Below, piece after piece: positions 51,128 to 64,000 of a DNA stretch of 64,000 nucleotides. The first letter of the stretch is position 1. Each line of letters begins with the position of its first letter. The notes beneath the pieces are model-generated. The model had not been told where the DNA came from. It was given only the letters and a program-made list of their open reading frames with translations, and did not search any database. Source of the DNA: Eledone cirrhosa (taxonomy: Eukaryota). Position numbers and translations under genes: made by a program. The stretch covers positions 184,078,001 to 184,142,000 of the forward strand of contig OZ024740.1 in NCBI GenBank assembly GCA_964016885.1, given 5' to 3'.

Positions 51128-51369
51128 TACGATATTAACAAATGGAAACTATATTTATAAAACCATATTTATTTCATTATACATATTTCAAGGACACCAA
51201 GTTAAATTATGGTGTGCAGTTTTATGAATAAATATTGACATACCCTTAAAGAATGCAATCATTACTGTTGGAAGCTCCCGGATTGTGGGGTTATAACTTT
51301 ATTTATACTATTATGTAAATTAGTATTGGATATTTTTAAATAAGCCGTTGGGTTACGGAGAAAGAGAGG

Positions 51370-51451
<82 letters not shown>

Positions 51452-54400
51452 AAAAATAGAGAGAGAAAAGAGAAAGAGAAGAGAAAGCGAAAGCTCTAAG
51501 TGATAGGTTGTTGAGTTATCTTAACATTTGAGATGAAGTGAAAGAATAAATAAATATTTATTTTTTGGATGAATAGAGAAATGTAAATAAGCGTAAATGG
51601 AAGATACATATATAATATAAGAATTTTAACCATCGTTTAAATATGATTAAATGTTTAGTTTATCATTTAAATTATTGAGATCTATACATTAAAAATGTAG
51701 AGCTATATATTAAGAAAACTATAAGACTATATATTATTAAAAAATCTATATATTATTAAAATAATATATTCATATATATATATATACACGTGAATTATCC
51801 ATTGGTTTAAGGAAATTAAATATAACTATAATAATAAGTTTATTTAGTTGGATATTGCTAATTATTACTCATCTATCACTCGTAATCTACTTAATAAAGC
51901 ACTAACTTACGCATTTAAACATACAGACTTAACTAGTAATGAAATGCACATTATATTATCGGCACGGAAAACATTAATAGAATTTAATAACCAACTCTAC
52001 ACTAGAGCAGATCGAAATAATGACTTTGATATAATTATGGGACCATCCGATTCCGCCCAGTTAACGGATCTTGTGGGCCTCTTTATAATTAATTCGCTAC
52101 ATAGGAAAATACCTGAGATGACCGGAGGTTTATATCGTGACGACATGCTTTTACTTAAAGAAAATAATAACTGTGAACTAAATAGGAAAAGAAAACAAAT
52201 TATACAAATTTTTAATTACCTTAATCTAAAAGTAGAAATAGAGAATAACCATAAAATAGTTAACTTTCTAGATGTAACACTAAACCTTAACACATGTCTT
52301 CATTATCCATTTCACAAATTAAACGAGAACTTAAACTACGTTAATTTTAACTCTAATCAGCCAGATCCGTTAAAAATACTATAGTGAACTCTGTACAGCA
52401 AGGCATTTCGAGGATTTCAGCTAATAAAAATATATTTGATGAAAAAGCACATTATTACAACGAAGCGTTAGGTAGAGCTGGGTATAGAAATAAAATTAAA
52501 TACATTGATAATAATAATATCACAACTAACCATAATCTTAACAATTTTAACTATTTTAACAATTTTAACAACTATAATAGAAAACCTTACAATAATTCGG
52601 AAAACAAAAAAAGATAGAACTAGGAATATATTATGGTTCGCTCCTCCTTTCTCATTAAATATTAAAACCCCTATTGCTAAACTATTTTTTAAAACTCTTG
52701 ACAAATGCTTCCCTCGTACACATAGATATTACTCAATTTTTAATAGACATACTATACAATTAACTTATTTATCCTCCAAAAATTTAGCGCAAAATATTAA
52801 TAGAATTAACAATAGAAATGTAAAACCTAACCAAAATACCACTAATAACCCAGGCAATATCCAATTTGATAAATGTAACTGTAGAAATAAATCTACCTGT
52901 CCGTTACATAACAATTGCTTATCTAAAAATATAGTATATAATTGTAATGTAAAAACTAATTTAAATTCAGTTAATTATGTGGGATCCACTTCCACAGAGT
53001 TTAAATCCCGTTTCAATAATCATAAAAATTATTTTACAAATCCAAACAAAAAATCTTCAACTTCTCTATCTAGCTTATTATGGAACCTCAAATTAAAGAA
53101 CGTTAAATATTCGTTGCTTTGGAATATTATTTCAAAAGCTACTCCTTTTAACTCCTCTTCTGATAATTGTGATCTTTGTATAGAGGAAATGTTCTTTATA
53201 TTAAAGACCAAACATTCCCTGAACCTAAGGAACAATTTATTCAGTTGCTGCAGACATAGATTGAACTCAACGTTTAAATATGAATTTAAAATGTAATATA
53301 TAATTAATTAATTAATACTATCAATATATTGAACCTATCGATAAATCATTAGATTCCTTCATTTTGACTGCTTAAACTCTCAAGTAAAAACACTTTTCTT
53401 CCTAAATATAAATAAATATAAAAAACTCTTCTAGAGAAACATACTGAAAGCTCTTAAAAGGGGAAAATATTATTTGATAGTTTCTCCTATTTTTGAAAGT
53501 TTCTCTTTTGAAAGGTTCTCTTTCTTTCTCTTATTGATATAAAATTAAGTTAAATATACGAAGAACATTTTTATACTAAATATATTAAACATATTATTAT
53601 TTTAAAATTATAACTTGAAATATTCTATAATATTTTTAAAATTATATTAATTTAAAGTTATATTGCTTATAATTATATTTCCAAATCGTAATATAATTCT
53701 TTTTTATTTTATTTATTTTTTATCTTATTTTATTTCATATTATTTCATTTCATTTCATTTCATTTCATTTCATTTCATTTTATTTTATTTTATTTTATTT
53801 TATTTTATTTTATTTTATTTTATTTTATTTTATATATATTATGTGCTTCAATTATACTATGTATTGTATTTATATATATATCTCTCTCTATATGTGTGTA
53901 TAACATAAAATGTCCTTTAATATCTTAACAATTGTAAAATGTATATAACTAAATAAGGTAATTTCCTTCACGCTGCTTTGATATTACATAGAAATGATTT
54001 TCTCTGTATTTTCTACGATCTTCTATGAAAAATCTATAAGTTTATGAAGATTCCTATATCTTAAATTAAAAAATCCTTTATACTTTGTATGTATATATTA
54101 TGTACATAGATGTATATGTATGTATTTGTATACATATATATTTATATGTATATATATCTGTATGTGCGTGTGTATATATATATGAATATATTCTTTTAAT
54201 AATATATAGATTTTTTTAATTATATATAGTCTTAATAATATATAGTTTTCTTAATATATCGATCTCAATTTTAAATGTATAGATCTCAATAATTTAAATG
54301 ATAAACTAAACATTTAATCATATTTAAACAATGGTTAACATTCTCATATTATATATGTATCTTCCATTCACGCTTACTTACATTTCTCTATTCATCCATA

Positions 54401-54860
54401 AAAAAATAAATATTTATTTATTCTTTCACTTCATCTCAAATGAGCTTTCGCTTAGAGCTTTCGCTTTCTCTTCTCTTTCGCTTTTCTCTCTCTATTTTTT
54501 TATTTGTTTCCCTCTCTTCTTCTCTCTCTCTCTCTCTTTCTACGTAACCCAACGGCTTATTTAAAAATATCCAATAATAATTTACATAATAGTATAAATA
54601 AAGTTATAATCCCACTATCCGGGAGCTTCCAACAGTAATGGTTGCATTCTTTAAGGGTATGTCAATATTTATTTATAAAACTGCTCTATATTATATTTTA
54701 TCTATTGAAAGCATACCATAATTTAACTTGGTGTCCTTGAAATATGTATAATGAAATAAATATGGTTTTATAAATATAGTTTCCATTTGTTAATATCGTA
54801 TTTTTACTCCAATTATTTGTTGAGTGCTTTATATCAGTTATAAAAATATTTGCTTGTTGT
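51128..54860 (+). mobile_element. Penelope-like element (RT plus GIY-YIG, frameshifted) bracketed by a ~650-bp inverted pLTR
   Basis: LDIANYYSSI, GLYRDD, FLDVTLNL, LWFAPPFS, CNCRNKSTCPL, YVGSTS, CDLCIEE, CCRHR; 51128-51770 is the reverse complement of ~54200-54800. Confidence 0.93.
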
Positions 54861-54928
54861 ATCCCAACAATTTAAATAGAACTTTTACATATATATATAT
54901 GTATATATATGTGTGTGTGTGTGTATAT

Positions 54929-55096
<168 letters not shown>

Positions 55097-55489
55097 TCTT
55101 TTAAAGCTAAATGTCTGAATAGTAAGTCCTGTTAATCTGGAGGTTCACTTCTTTAACACAGGTTCATCAAAAGGACTCAATTTGCAATAGTAGACACAAT
55201 ATAAATAAGGAAGACTCTAGGTGGGAGAGATTTAACTAGGAGAGCTAATTAGGAAGGGGGAATGATGGTTATGGCACTGGAGGATAGGGCTGTGTGAAAA
55301 AGAAGATGGTAATGGTGGATAATGGACATTGTCATAGCATTTTAACTCGTCAATTTGATGCAGGTAATGAATGTGAAGGTGGTTATATAGGGGGTTAGTG
55401 AAATTGTTGGTGGGTTGGCAGGATGAATGTACCTATGTATACAATTAAATATGCATGTAGAAATGCATAGACAAACACCTACATATAAA

Positions 55490-55797
55490 TGTAGTCACTC
55501 CGTCGGTTATGACGAGTGTTCCGGTGAAATTAACGTGCAAGTGTTCTCGTGAAATTAACGTACAAGTGACTGAGCATTCCATAGAAAAGCGTAGCCTTTA
55601 TGTAGTTCTCAGGGAAATTCAGTGTGACACCTTGTGTGACAATGCCATTCTTTCGAATTACATGTCCAACTAATTTGTGCCGTCTGAGTGGACGGGTGCA
55701 ACCTGAAAGAAAATCTCTTGCTCAAGGACACAACACGCAGCCAGAAATCAAACTCAAGACCTTACGATTGAGAGCCGAATACACTAATCACGCGCTT
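55490..55797 (-). mobile_element. tRNA-derived SINE, second family
   Basis: cttgctcaaggacacaacacgcagccagaaatcaaactc...cttacgattgagagccgaatacactaatcac reads as a reversed tRNA-like head. Confidence 0.6.
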
Positions 55798-56169
55798 TCA
55801 CACACATAAATACACATAAACACACAAACATATATATACAAACACACACACACACATGCATATGCACACACAAAAACACACACGCGCACACACACACACA
55901 CATATATACACGCACTCATATATATATATATATATATATATACACGCACTCATATATATATATATATATACACGCACTCATATATATATATATATATATA
56001 TATATACACGCACTCATATATATATATATACACGCACTCATATATATATATGAAATCATACAAACACGCACACAGACACACACGCTTATATATAGACACA
56101 CATACACATAAATATTTAATCACACATACACACTCATATACACAGACACTTTACTGTGAGACCCAATAT

Positions 56170-57460
56170 TAAAAATTGTTCTTCCCTCCTACATTTATTT
56201 TGCCACTCTCTCTCAAAATGTTACCCCACTCTCACTAAAACATAATACCGTCCTCACCCTCTCTACATAGTGCTACCTGCCTCTCTCTCACTAAACCACA
56301 AAACTCTACCCCTCTCTCTATATCCAACTTCATACCTCACTATCTCTCACTCTCACAATTCACCCCCTCACACTAAACGACCAGACACTCTGCCATCCTC
56401 TATATCCCACTAAATGCCTCACTCTCTCAAAATTCCCCCTCTCACACTAGATGACAAATTCTCTCACCTCTCTATATACCAGCACATGCCTCAGTCTCTA
56501 TGCCTCTCCTAATTCCCACTCTCTCACTAGCCCAGCAAACTTTCTAGCCCTCACTATATATCACTACATGCTTCACTCTCTATGACTTTCACAATTACGA
56601 CTCTCTCGTTATACCAGAAAACTCTCTGTACCTCTCTATATCCCACTACATACCTCACTCTCTCTCACAATTCTCCCTTTCTCACAAGACCATCAAATTC
56701 TCTTCATTCTCTATATTCCACTACATACCTCACTCTCTCTCACAATTCTCCCTCTCTCACTAGAACACTAATTTCTCTCCCCCCTCTCTATATTCCTCTA
56801 CATAACTCACTAACTTCCACGCACTTAATTACCCATCTGTCTCTAACCAACAAATTCTCTCCCGCTCGCTATATCCCACTATTTAGCTCATTCTATCTCA
56901 CAATTCCCCCCCTCTCACTAGGCCACCTAATTCTCTTCCCCTATCTATATACCACTACATACCCCACTCTCTCTCCCACTCTTCTGTAATCCACTACATA
57001 CCTTACTCTCTCTCACAACTCCACCTCCCTCACTAGACCACTAAACTCTCTCACCCTCTCTTTATTCCACTACAAACCTCACTCACTGTTACTCTCTTAA
57101 TTCTCTCTCTCTCACTTAACCAACAAATAAATTATCTCCCGCTCTCTACATCTCCCTATATACAACACTCTCTTACAATTTACTCTCTCTCTCACTAGAC
57201 CACTAAATTAGCTCCCCGTCTCTATATATCACTACATACACCACTCTCGCTCACAATTCTTCCTCTCTCACTAGACCAGCAAATTTACTTCCCCTCTCTA
57301 TATTCCACTACATACCTCACTCTGTTTCACTCTCTTAATTCCCACTAAACCAACTAATTCTCTCCCGCTCTCTATATCTCACTACATACCTCACTCTCTC
57401 TCACAATTCTACCTCTCTCTAGACCACCAAATTCTCTGTCGATCTCATTATCTCCATACA
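56170..57460. repeat. Degenerate pyrimidine-rich minisatellite (~65-75-bp unit)
   Basis: Recurrent ctctatatcccactacatacctcactctctctcacaattc...ctctcactagaccaccaaattctct. Confidence 0.85.
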
Positions 57461-58169
57461 ATATTTTTTACTTAGAAACCTCAAATTATGTTATCTTCTA
57501 TAAAGAACGACATAGTTATCCACCCCCTCCCTTACCTTTTGAAGCCCTAGGGTGTGAGGAAAATCTTTCATCTTTTTGGTGATGTGCTTTTGTTGAATTA
57601 TTTGACAGGAGTTTAAAATATGTGGTGGTGTAGGGTGGTGTTGGTTGTGTGGTGTCGTTGGTAGTAGTGTGGTGTCGGTAGTAGTGGCGTAGAGGATGTC
57701 GGTGCTGGTAGTGTGGCGTTGTAGGTCGTGTTTGTTGATATTGAATCTAACTATATACTACTAAAACTATGTTATTGTGTGATTATCTGTAATTTAATAC
57801 AGCCAATACAGCGCACAATGGGAAAATACTTTCAAATTAAGTTACCCCTGAAATGGGAATACAAATGCAATAAAAGGTTCGTGTAAGTCGGAGCACGGGT
57901 TCCCCAGATACGGTGTTTATCCGGGTACCTTCATAAACAGAGAGAAAGAAAGATGGAGAGAAAGAGATAGTTGTTGTGAGGGCGTAGATTGAAAGAGAGA
58001 CATGCCTGTGTATATTTTGATTATTTCAAAATTATTTTTAAGTGAACATGATATTTAAAGAACGGGTCACGGGTGGTCTAGTCCATATATAAAGACATAC
58101 CAGGAAAAATATTAAAAGAATTATTTAATATCGGGTGAAATGTTTTGGAGTGGAGCTGGTTGGCAGAAG

Positions 58170-58480
58170 AATGCCTTGGTTCAATCAAGAATCCATTAGA
58201 GCGAATATGAAGCCTACAAATTGTGGCTTGGAAATAAGTGCTCCTGCTTGCACTTGCGGTACAACGGGTTAAGATTTGCAGCAGAGACAGTAAAGTCGTC
58301 CAAATTTAGGACATGGGATGATGGGGGGGGGGGGGGTTAAGCTTGAATTCAACGTCAGACCAGCAAATAAAGAGTTTTCGCAGACCATCCGCCGTCATGG
58401 TGGTAAGAAGTCATCCGCAAAACCTGATATCAGGAACGCGTCCATGGCTCTCCTGTTTTCAGAAAGGCGCATCCTAGGGA
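58170..58480 (+). mobile_element. Old RTE-like LINE linker fragment
   Basis: Degenerate reading PWFNQE.IRAN.EAYKLWL...SK..TW...ANKEFSQTIRR resembles the EN-RT linker of RTE (Expander-like) LINEs. Confidence 0.5.
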
Positions 58481-58974
58481 GGTGTAGATAATTTTTTGCT
58501 GCCCTCCTAATCCACTCGTCAATCAAATAGAGGATCATATATCAAGAATATATAAAGTTTTATTGTTTAGCAGAGATACTATTGGTTCTGCTAAAAAATT
58601 GTTTCTGATTTAAGGATAAGGCCAACAACTTTTGGGGAGGTGGTATTAGATTAAATCGACGCCAGTTCGTTATTGGTACTTTATTTTTTGATCCCGTAAG
58701 GAAATATTGATTGCATTGAAGGGCTTCTTTATAGCCTATTTTTAAACGATTGTAATTAATGCATTGTAATAACTGTTTAATAGAACATTATGATAAATGT
58801 CGTGACACGACCTGGATATAGGACATGGGTATAGATAACGACTGGCACATTTTGAGACAAAAAATAAGGAGATTCTCAGTTTGTCTTGATAATAAAAATA
58901 TATTGATAAGTATTTGATTATTAGCATAGCTAATGAATATACTAATATGTTGTTATAGCCTTATTTGACTATTG

Positions 58975-59115
58975 AGAGTGCGTGGCGTAGTTGTAAGATT
59001 GTTGGACTTAATAACTTAATGTCGTGAATTCGATTCCTTGACTGGGTTGTGTGTTGTATTCTTGAGCAAAACACTTAGTTTCACGTTGCTCTAGTGTACT
59101 GAGCTGCAAGTATAC
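58975..59115 (+). mobile_element. tRNA-derived SINE head
   Basis: gcgtggcgtagttgtaag (A box), gaattcgattcc (B-box-like), gtgttgtattcttgagcaaaacactt. Confidence 0.65.
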
Positions 59116-61100
59116 CCAGTAATAGATGTGGGGTTAATGGAGTTGAGAAGAGAAATGTTAAAATAATCTAAGGAAGTTAAAATAGTTGTAGATTGTATAA
59201 TAGTAACAAGAGAAAACTTAAACTATAAAGGCGAAATGGTTGTGAAATTATAGCTAACACCATATCTAGGGCGTATATTTGTTTGAACGTTAAGCTACTT
59301 AAATTAAGATTGAATCAGCCTATTTACACCTTCCAGGATCAAATTAGTAGCACTGACACTTCTCTTTCTAAGGTTATTAGAAAATTGAAGTTGAAACTCG
59401 TTAATTATGACATTGAACAGAATATACAAAGCTTCGCCAAATCATACAAAAATTGAAAGCATGCTTGTTAGATTAGTTGTTTTACCACTGAAACAGGAAA
59501 TACATTTCTCTACAACTTTTCGCCATCTTAATTGCCATTAGAACCTAATATAACTGTGCTAATAGGGCGATAAAGGTGTGCCATATAAATATAGTGAATC
59601 ATTTTATTCCAATCCTCAAGCCAATCTGCTCCAGTATGTGGGGCTAATTTGATAGCTAAGTTATATATGGGTTTCTATTAATCCATAATGCAAGCTATAA
59701 AAACACTAGTTATTATTGTTCCAGCATCATCTTTACAAACGTATGCAAAAGAATGATTATGTTTTGGCTATCACGCAATTTTACCAACATTTGAGCGAGA
59801 GATATTACCGAATTTCATTGATTGCATCGACTGCAAAACCTCTTGGATTGATGGTCAGAATTTGAGAATTACCCAAAGCACCAATTTGATAGTGAGCGAG
59901 AACATGCGATTATATATATATATATATATATATATATGCCAAAACAAGAGAAATAATGACAGGGTTATTCTACTTACATGACTTAAACAGGCTGTTTGCA
60001 TAATTGCAAACGAATCGAGACAGTTGACAGGTAAGCAGTATACGGTAATGATGAAGGTTAATAATCCAGAAAAATTAATGTCAGCTGTGCAAACAGGAGA
60101 ACAAGAATGGCGGGGTCATTCTACTCACATGGCTTAAAGAGGCCGTTTTCTTGATTGCAAACGAATCGAATATTAATATTAATATTCGAGAAAAACTGAG
60201 ATTTACGGTTCTTGTATTCAGCCATGTAAAACGATAAAACTATATATATATATATATATATATACATATATATACATATATATATATATATACCTATATG
60301 TATATATATGTGTACATATATATACATATAAACATAAATACATGTATGTATGTGTGCGTGTGCGTGCGTGTGTGTGTATGCTTATGTACGTGGTAATGTA
60401 AGGTATTAGTTGACTTTTCAAGACTCTAGCAGGTTTGTACTCCTCTCCATTTCCAAAAATAATACTTCGTGTGTATATATATATATATATATATATACCA
60501 ATTCCCTCTTAGTATTATTCTACAATGGGACTACTAATTTGCATATAATTAGTGCTCGTGTTGGCAATTAATTAAGGTATTTTTAAAATGTGCGCTAGCA
60601 GCCGAAGAGTATGAAAAAGGTTCACTAAAGAGCCCTTTCATTTTGTTTATTTGGAACATCGAACACATCAATTTTAACGATAGGTATGAAAAATAATCTA
60701 CAAACTAACCAACATATCTATAACTATAAATGGCTAAATATATTTCAGAGAAAATTCAATCAAGCAATGTAAAGATGGTTAATCTTAGCAGACTTCCGAT
60801 ATTAATAACGACTGACAGATTGAATTCCAAATACAACATGTCTCACAAGTGACGTATTCATGTCTACCTACAAAGATAATTAAACTAGTATTATTAACTA
60901 AATGCATTAAGTATAATAATGTTTTATATAATTATGGTTATAAACTTATGTAGAGATTTTAGAGAAATTTTTCCGGCGTCAACGTGTCTGTTTCTTTCAT
61001 AATCGATTCTGGATAAATCTCATCGTTTTTTGTAAGTTATCTTTACAATATCCCCTTTAACCTTCGCCTGTGCAACAAATAAAAAAGTTTATTAATATCA

Positions 61101-61121
61101 TAGTAGTAGTAGTAGTAGTAA

Positions 61122-61178
<57 letters not shown>

Positions 61179-61219
61179 CAGCAGCAGCAACAGCAGCAAC
61201 AGTATAGTATTAGTAAACT

Positions 61220-61278
<59 letters not shown>

Positions 61279-61321
61279 ATACTAATACTACTGCTGCTGC
61301 TGCTGCTACTACTACTACCAA

Positions 61322-61359
<38 letters not shown>

Positions 61360-61380
61360 TTACTACTACTACTACTACTC
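61101..61380. repeat. (TAG)n/(CAG)n followed by complementary (TAC)n/(TGC)n
   Basis: Direct reading. Confidence 0.95.
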
Positions 61381-61589
61381 ATTCGCAGAGTCGTTAAAAG
61401 ATCGACAAAATACCTAATTTGATACGACCCTTTACATTCTGTGTTCGATGTCGCGTCGAAATCGATAAATTAAATTCCCAGTCATGTACTTGGGTCAATT
61501 TAATCGACTATCCTCAATCCCTAGATTTCTGGCCTTGTGATGATGTTAGAAATTTTCATTTTTATTATTGTTATTCATATTGTTTACTC

Positions 61590-61668
61590 GATTTTTCTGT
61601 AAAACCCCACTGTCCCAGTCTTTTGTATTGTTCCCTATATGTCGGCCCTTGTGGCCAATAAATGAAAT
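61590..61668 (+). mobile_element. Isolated Tx1-like 3' tail
   Basis: gcccttgtggccaataaatgaaa matches the 3' ends of the Tx1 copies at 36707 and 41338. Confidence 0.55.
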
Positions 61669-61734
61669 CATTATTAGGCTTTTGATATTATGTGTTTTCC
61701 AATTAAATTAAAGTGCCAGTCAATTAATATTTCA

Positions 61735-62650
61735 TCTCACCATCCACCTTGGTATCGTACGAGATCACATCACTGAGGTAGGATAACTTGTCCAAAATCT
61801 TGAGTTGTACCTTAATGGTGAGGACAGGACTGTGGTGTGTGTGTACCGTGGAATGCTTGGTGGAGCATTTCTCACTTCTTTTTATTGGTGATCAATCCAT
61901 AACAACCAGTGTCCCAGGTTCAATTATCGGTGATATAAAGATGATCATTCAGATATTGGTGATCTGGCAGCAGACATCCGCATAAAGAAGATGCCACAGC
62001 AACATACACAATATATTTGTATTGGTAATTAGCTTCCACATACAGAAAATGTTGCCATCCATGCAAAGTCCAATCCTGCCCCTCCCCCTTTGTAAATCAA
62101 TACAGAGAAAACAATGTTGAACAGAAGGGATGCTATGACACAAACATGCTGAATGCCACTGTTGATGGGAACTAGCCAAGCATTCCATCCAAAATGTGGA
62201 TGTTAATAGTCTTTTTAGAACAAATACCTTCCCACAAAAGTAGCGAAGGACATGTTTGAGGGAAAGCATCATGTTTGAAGTGTAGTGCAATGGTCAAAGT
62301 CCCTACTAATTTTTAGAATAAGTGGTGTCAGCGATGTAGTATGTGAGACTATAAGTATGGACAAGACTGAATATCTTCCACGATATCAATAGAATGGTAC
62401 AAGCTCCCAATGTCAAAAGTGTGTATCGCCTTTTCGGCAAAGCCAGCCGTAAAATCGCTCGGTGTGCAAATTAGACTTATCGGCTGATGCATACTCGAGA
62501 GAATACTATATATTATCAATAATTCTAGTGTGTAGCACAATAGGAGAGACACTATCTTGACAAGGGGAAATAACCCCAAAACAATTGCCGATTGTTTATC
62601 TATGATACCACAAGAGGAAAATGAAGACGGTAGTCGTCTAAAGCACATGA
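61735..62650 (-). mobile_element. Highly degenerate RTE (BovB-like) RT fragment
   Basis: Across frames: PINSGIQHVCVIASLLFNIVFS (GVKQGCVLAP.LF-like), MDGNIF...HLLYADVC (DGNLF...LLYADDC-like), YGLITNKRSE. Confidence 0.7.
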
Positions 62651-63721
62651 CATTGTGTGACTGTTTGCTTGTTATTTGTCGATATAAAACTCACGAATGC
62701 ATTTACGTATCTGCTATGTTACAGAGAAAACAAATCTTGTTTATATATATATATGTTAAATAAACGTAAACCTTTCAATTTCGTGAAATTATTGCAGTAA
62801 CTTTTATGTGAGGTGGTTAACTCACAGTTTTTCAGAGATAATAATGTTAACTCGTATTCTTTGAAAGGTGATAATGGTATCTCATTATTTCATCATCGTA
62901 ATTGTTTTAGAAGAACGGTTCTGATAACGTCACGATTTGAAAGATGTCAGTAGTAGGACATCTTGATTATTTTGGTTACTTTTTAATTGAATTGCCACTT
63001 ATTAGTCAAATATATATTTGGTACAAACAAAGTATAGTGTTAACTCTTAGATTTTAAGAAATGATAAAGGTAAATTCTTTTGAAGAGTTTTTAGTGGAAA
63101 CTCAACTTATTTATTTTTTAATATGATAGTTGTTCGGTTTTGAAAGATGAGTAACTCGCTATTTGCGATGGGTGATAGTAATAATTTTCGATTTTTGAGA
63201 AATTATCGCGGTAACTATTCTTTTTTTATAGATATTAGAGTAAAACATTTCTATTTTCATTTTATTCATTTATTTATTTTTATTTTCTATTCAAACGTCA
63301 CTTAGCAACCGGATTACATGTGTATTCTTTCTGACTAAATCATGTAAGCAACAATGAAAATCGTTACATTAAAATGAAGTTTCGTAGCTCTCCGCTTTCT
63401 TCAGCACCCCCCCCCCCCCCACACACACACTCTATCTCTCTCACTCTCTGATGTTCTCTCTATCTCTCTCTGTCTCTCTGATATTCTCTGTCTTTGTTAC
63501 TCTGTTTTTATTTATAAAATAGCTCTGGCCTTTCCATATGGTGTTCATATTACTTTCCATTCCCTTCACAATATAATTCAAATTCTATGACGATTCTCTA
63601 TGAATGAATAGACAGACATAGCAACCCAACCCAACTCAACCAGCTACACATTAGATATACATAATAACATACACTCATATAGGAAAATACACATATATTT
63701 TTGCGTTTATATATCTATATG

Positions 63722-63768
<47 letters not shown>

Positions 63769-64000
63769 GGGGGGGGGGGGGGTGTTTGTGTAAATATAGA
63801 TGGGGTTTGTCTCTCTGTGTATGCGTGGGTACTTTTATTATTTTACTTGCTTAAGTCATTAAACTGTAGACATGCTAGGTCTCTGCAATGTATTATATAC
63901 AATTATATATACATATACATATATATGTAGTCGTCCGAACTTAAATATTCAATCATTATGAATACTAGTTGAATAAAGTCGAGCAATGGTGATGGGAAAA

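Noticed and set aside
56582-56989. 135-aa S/T/L/P-rich ORF
   Set aside because: Translation of the pyrimidine-rich minisatellite

Overview
AT-rich, microsatellite-dense eukaryotic DNA, probably intergenic or intronic. The SINE families and repeat mix suggest a cephalopod (octopus-like) genome; this is inference. No intact host gene can be supported, and almost all short ORFs in the track are translated microsatellites or antisense frames of transposons. The window is a mosaic of mobile elements: at least seven Penelope-like element (PLE) fragments with RT and/or GIY-YIG coding sequence, two tandem Tx1-clade LINEs, three RTE-clade fragments, an internally deleted mariner, Helitron remnants, an hAT-like MITE and many SINEs. 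The main hidden signal is RNA-level. A 4.36-copy, 539-bp non-coding tandem array (8456-10807) carries one complete type I hammerhead ribozyme per unit, as in a retrozyme that could produce circular RNA. At least five further hammerhead motifs and many fold-back inserts sit in PLE pseudo-LTRs inserted in (TA)n tracts. Together they suggest a microsatellite-targeting PLE plus non-autonomous ribozyme-RNA system. All structures were paired by eye, and many boundaries are approximate.
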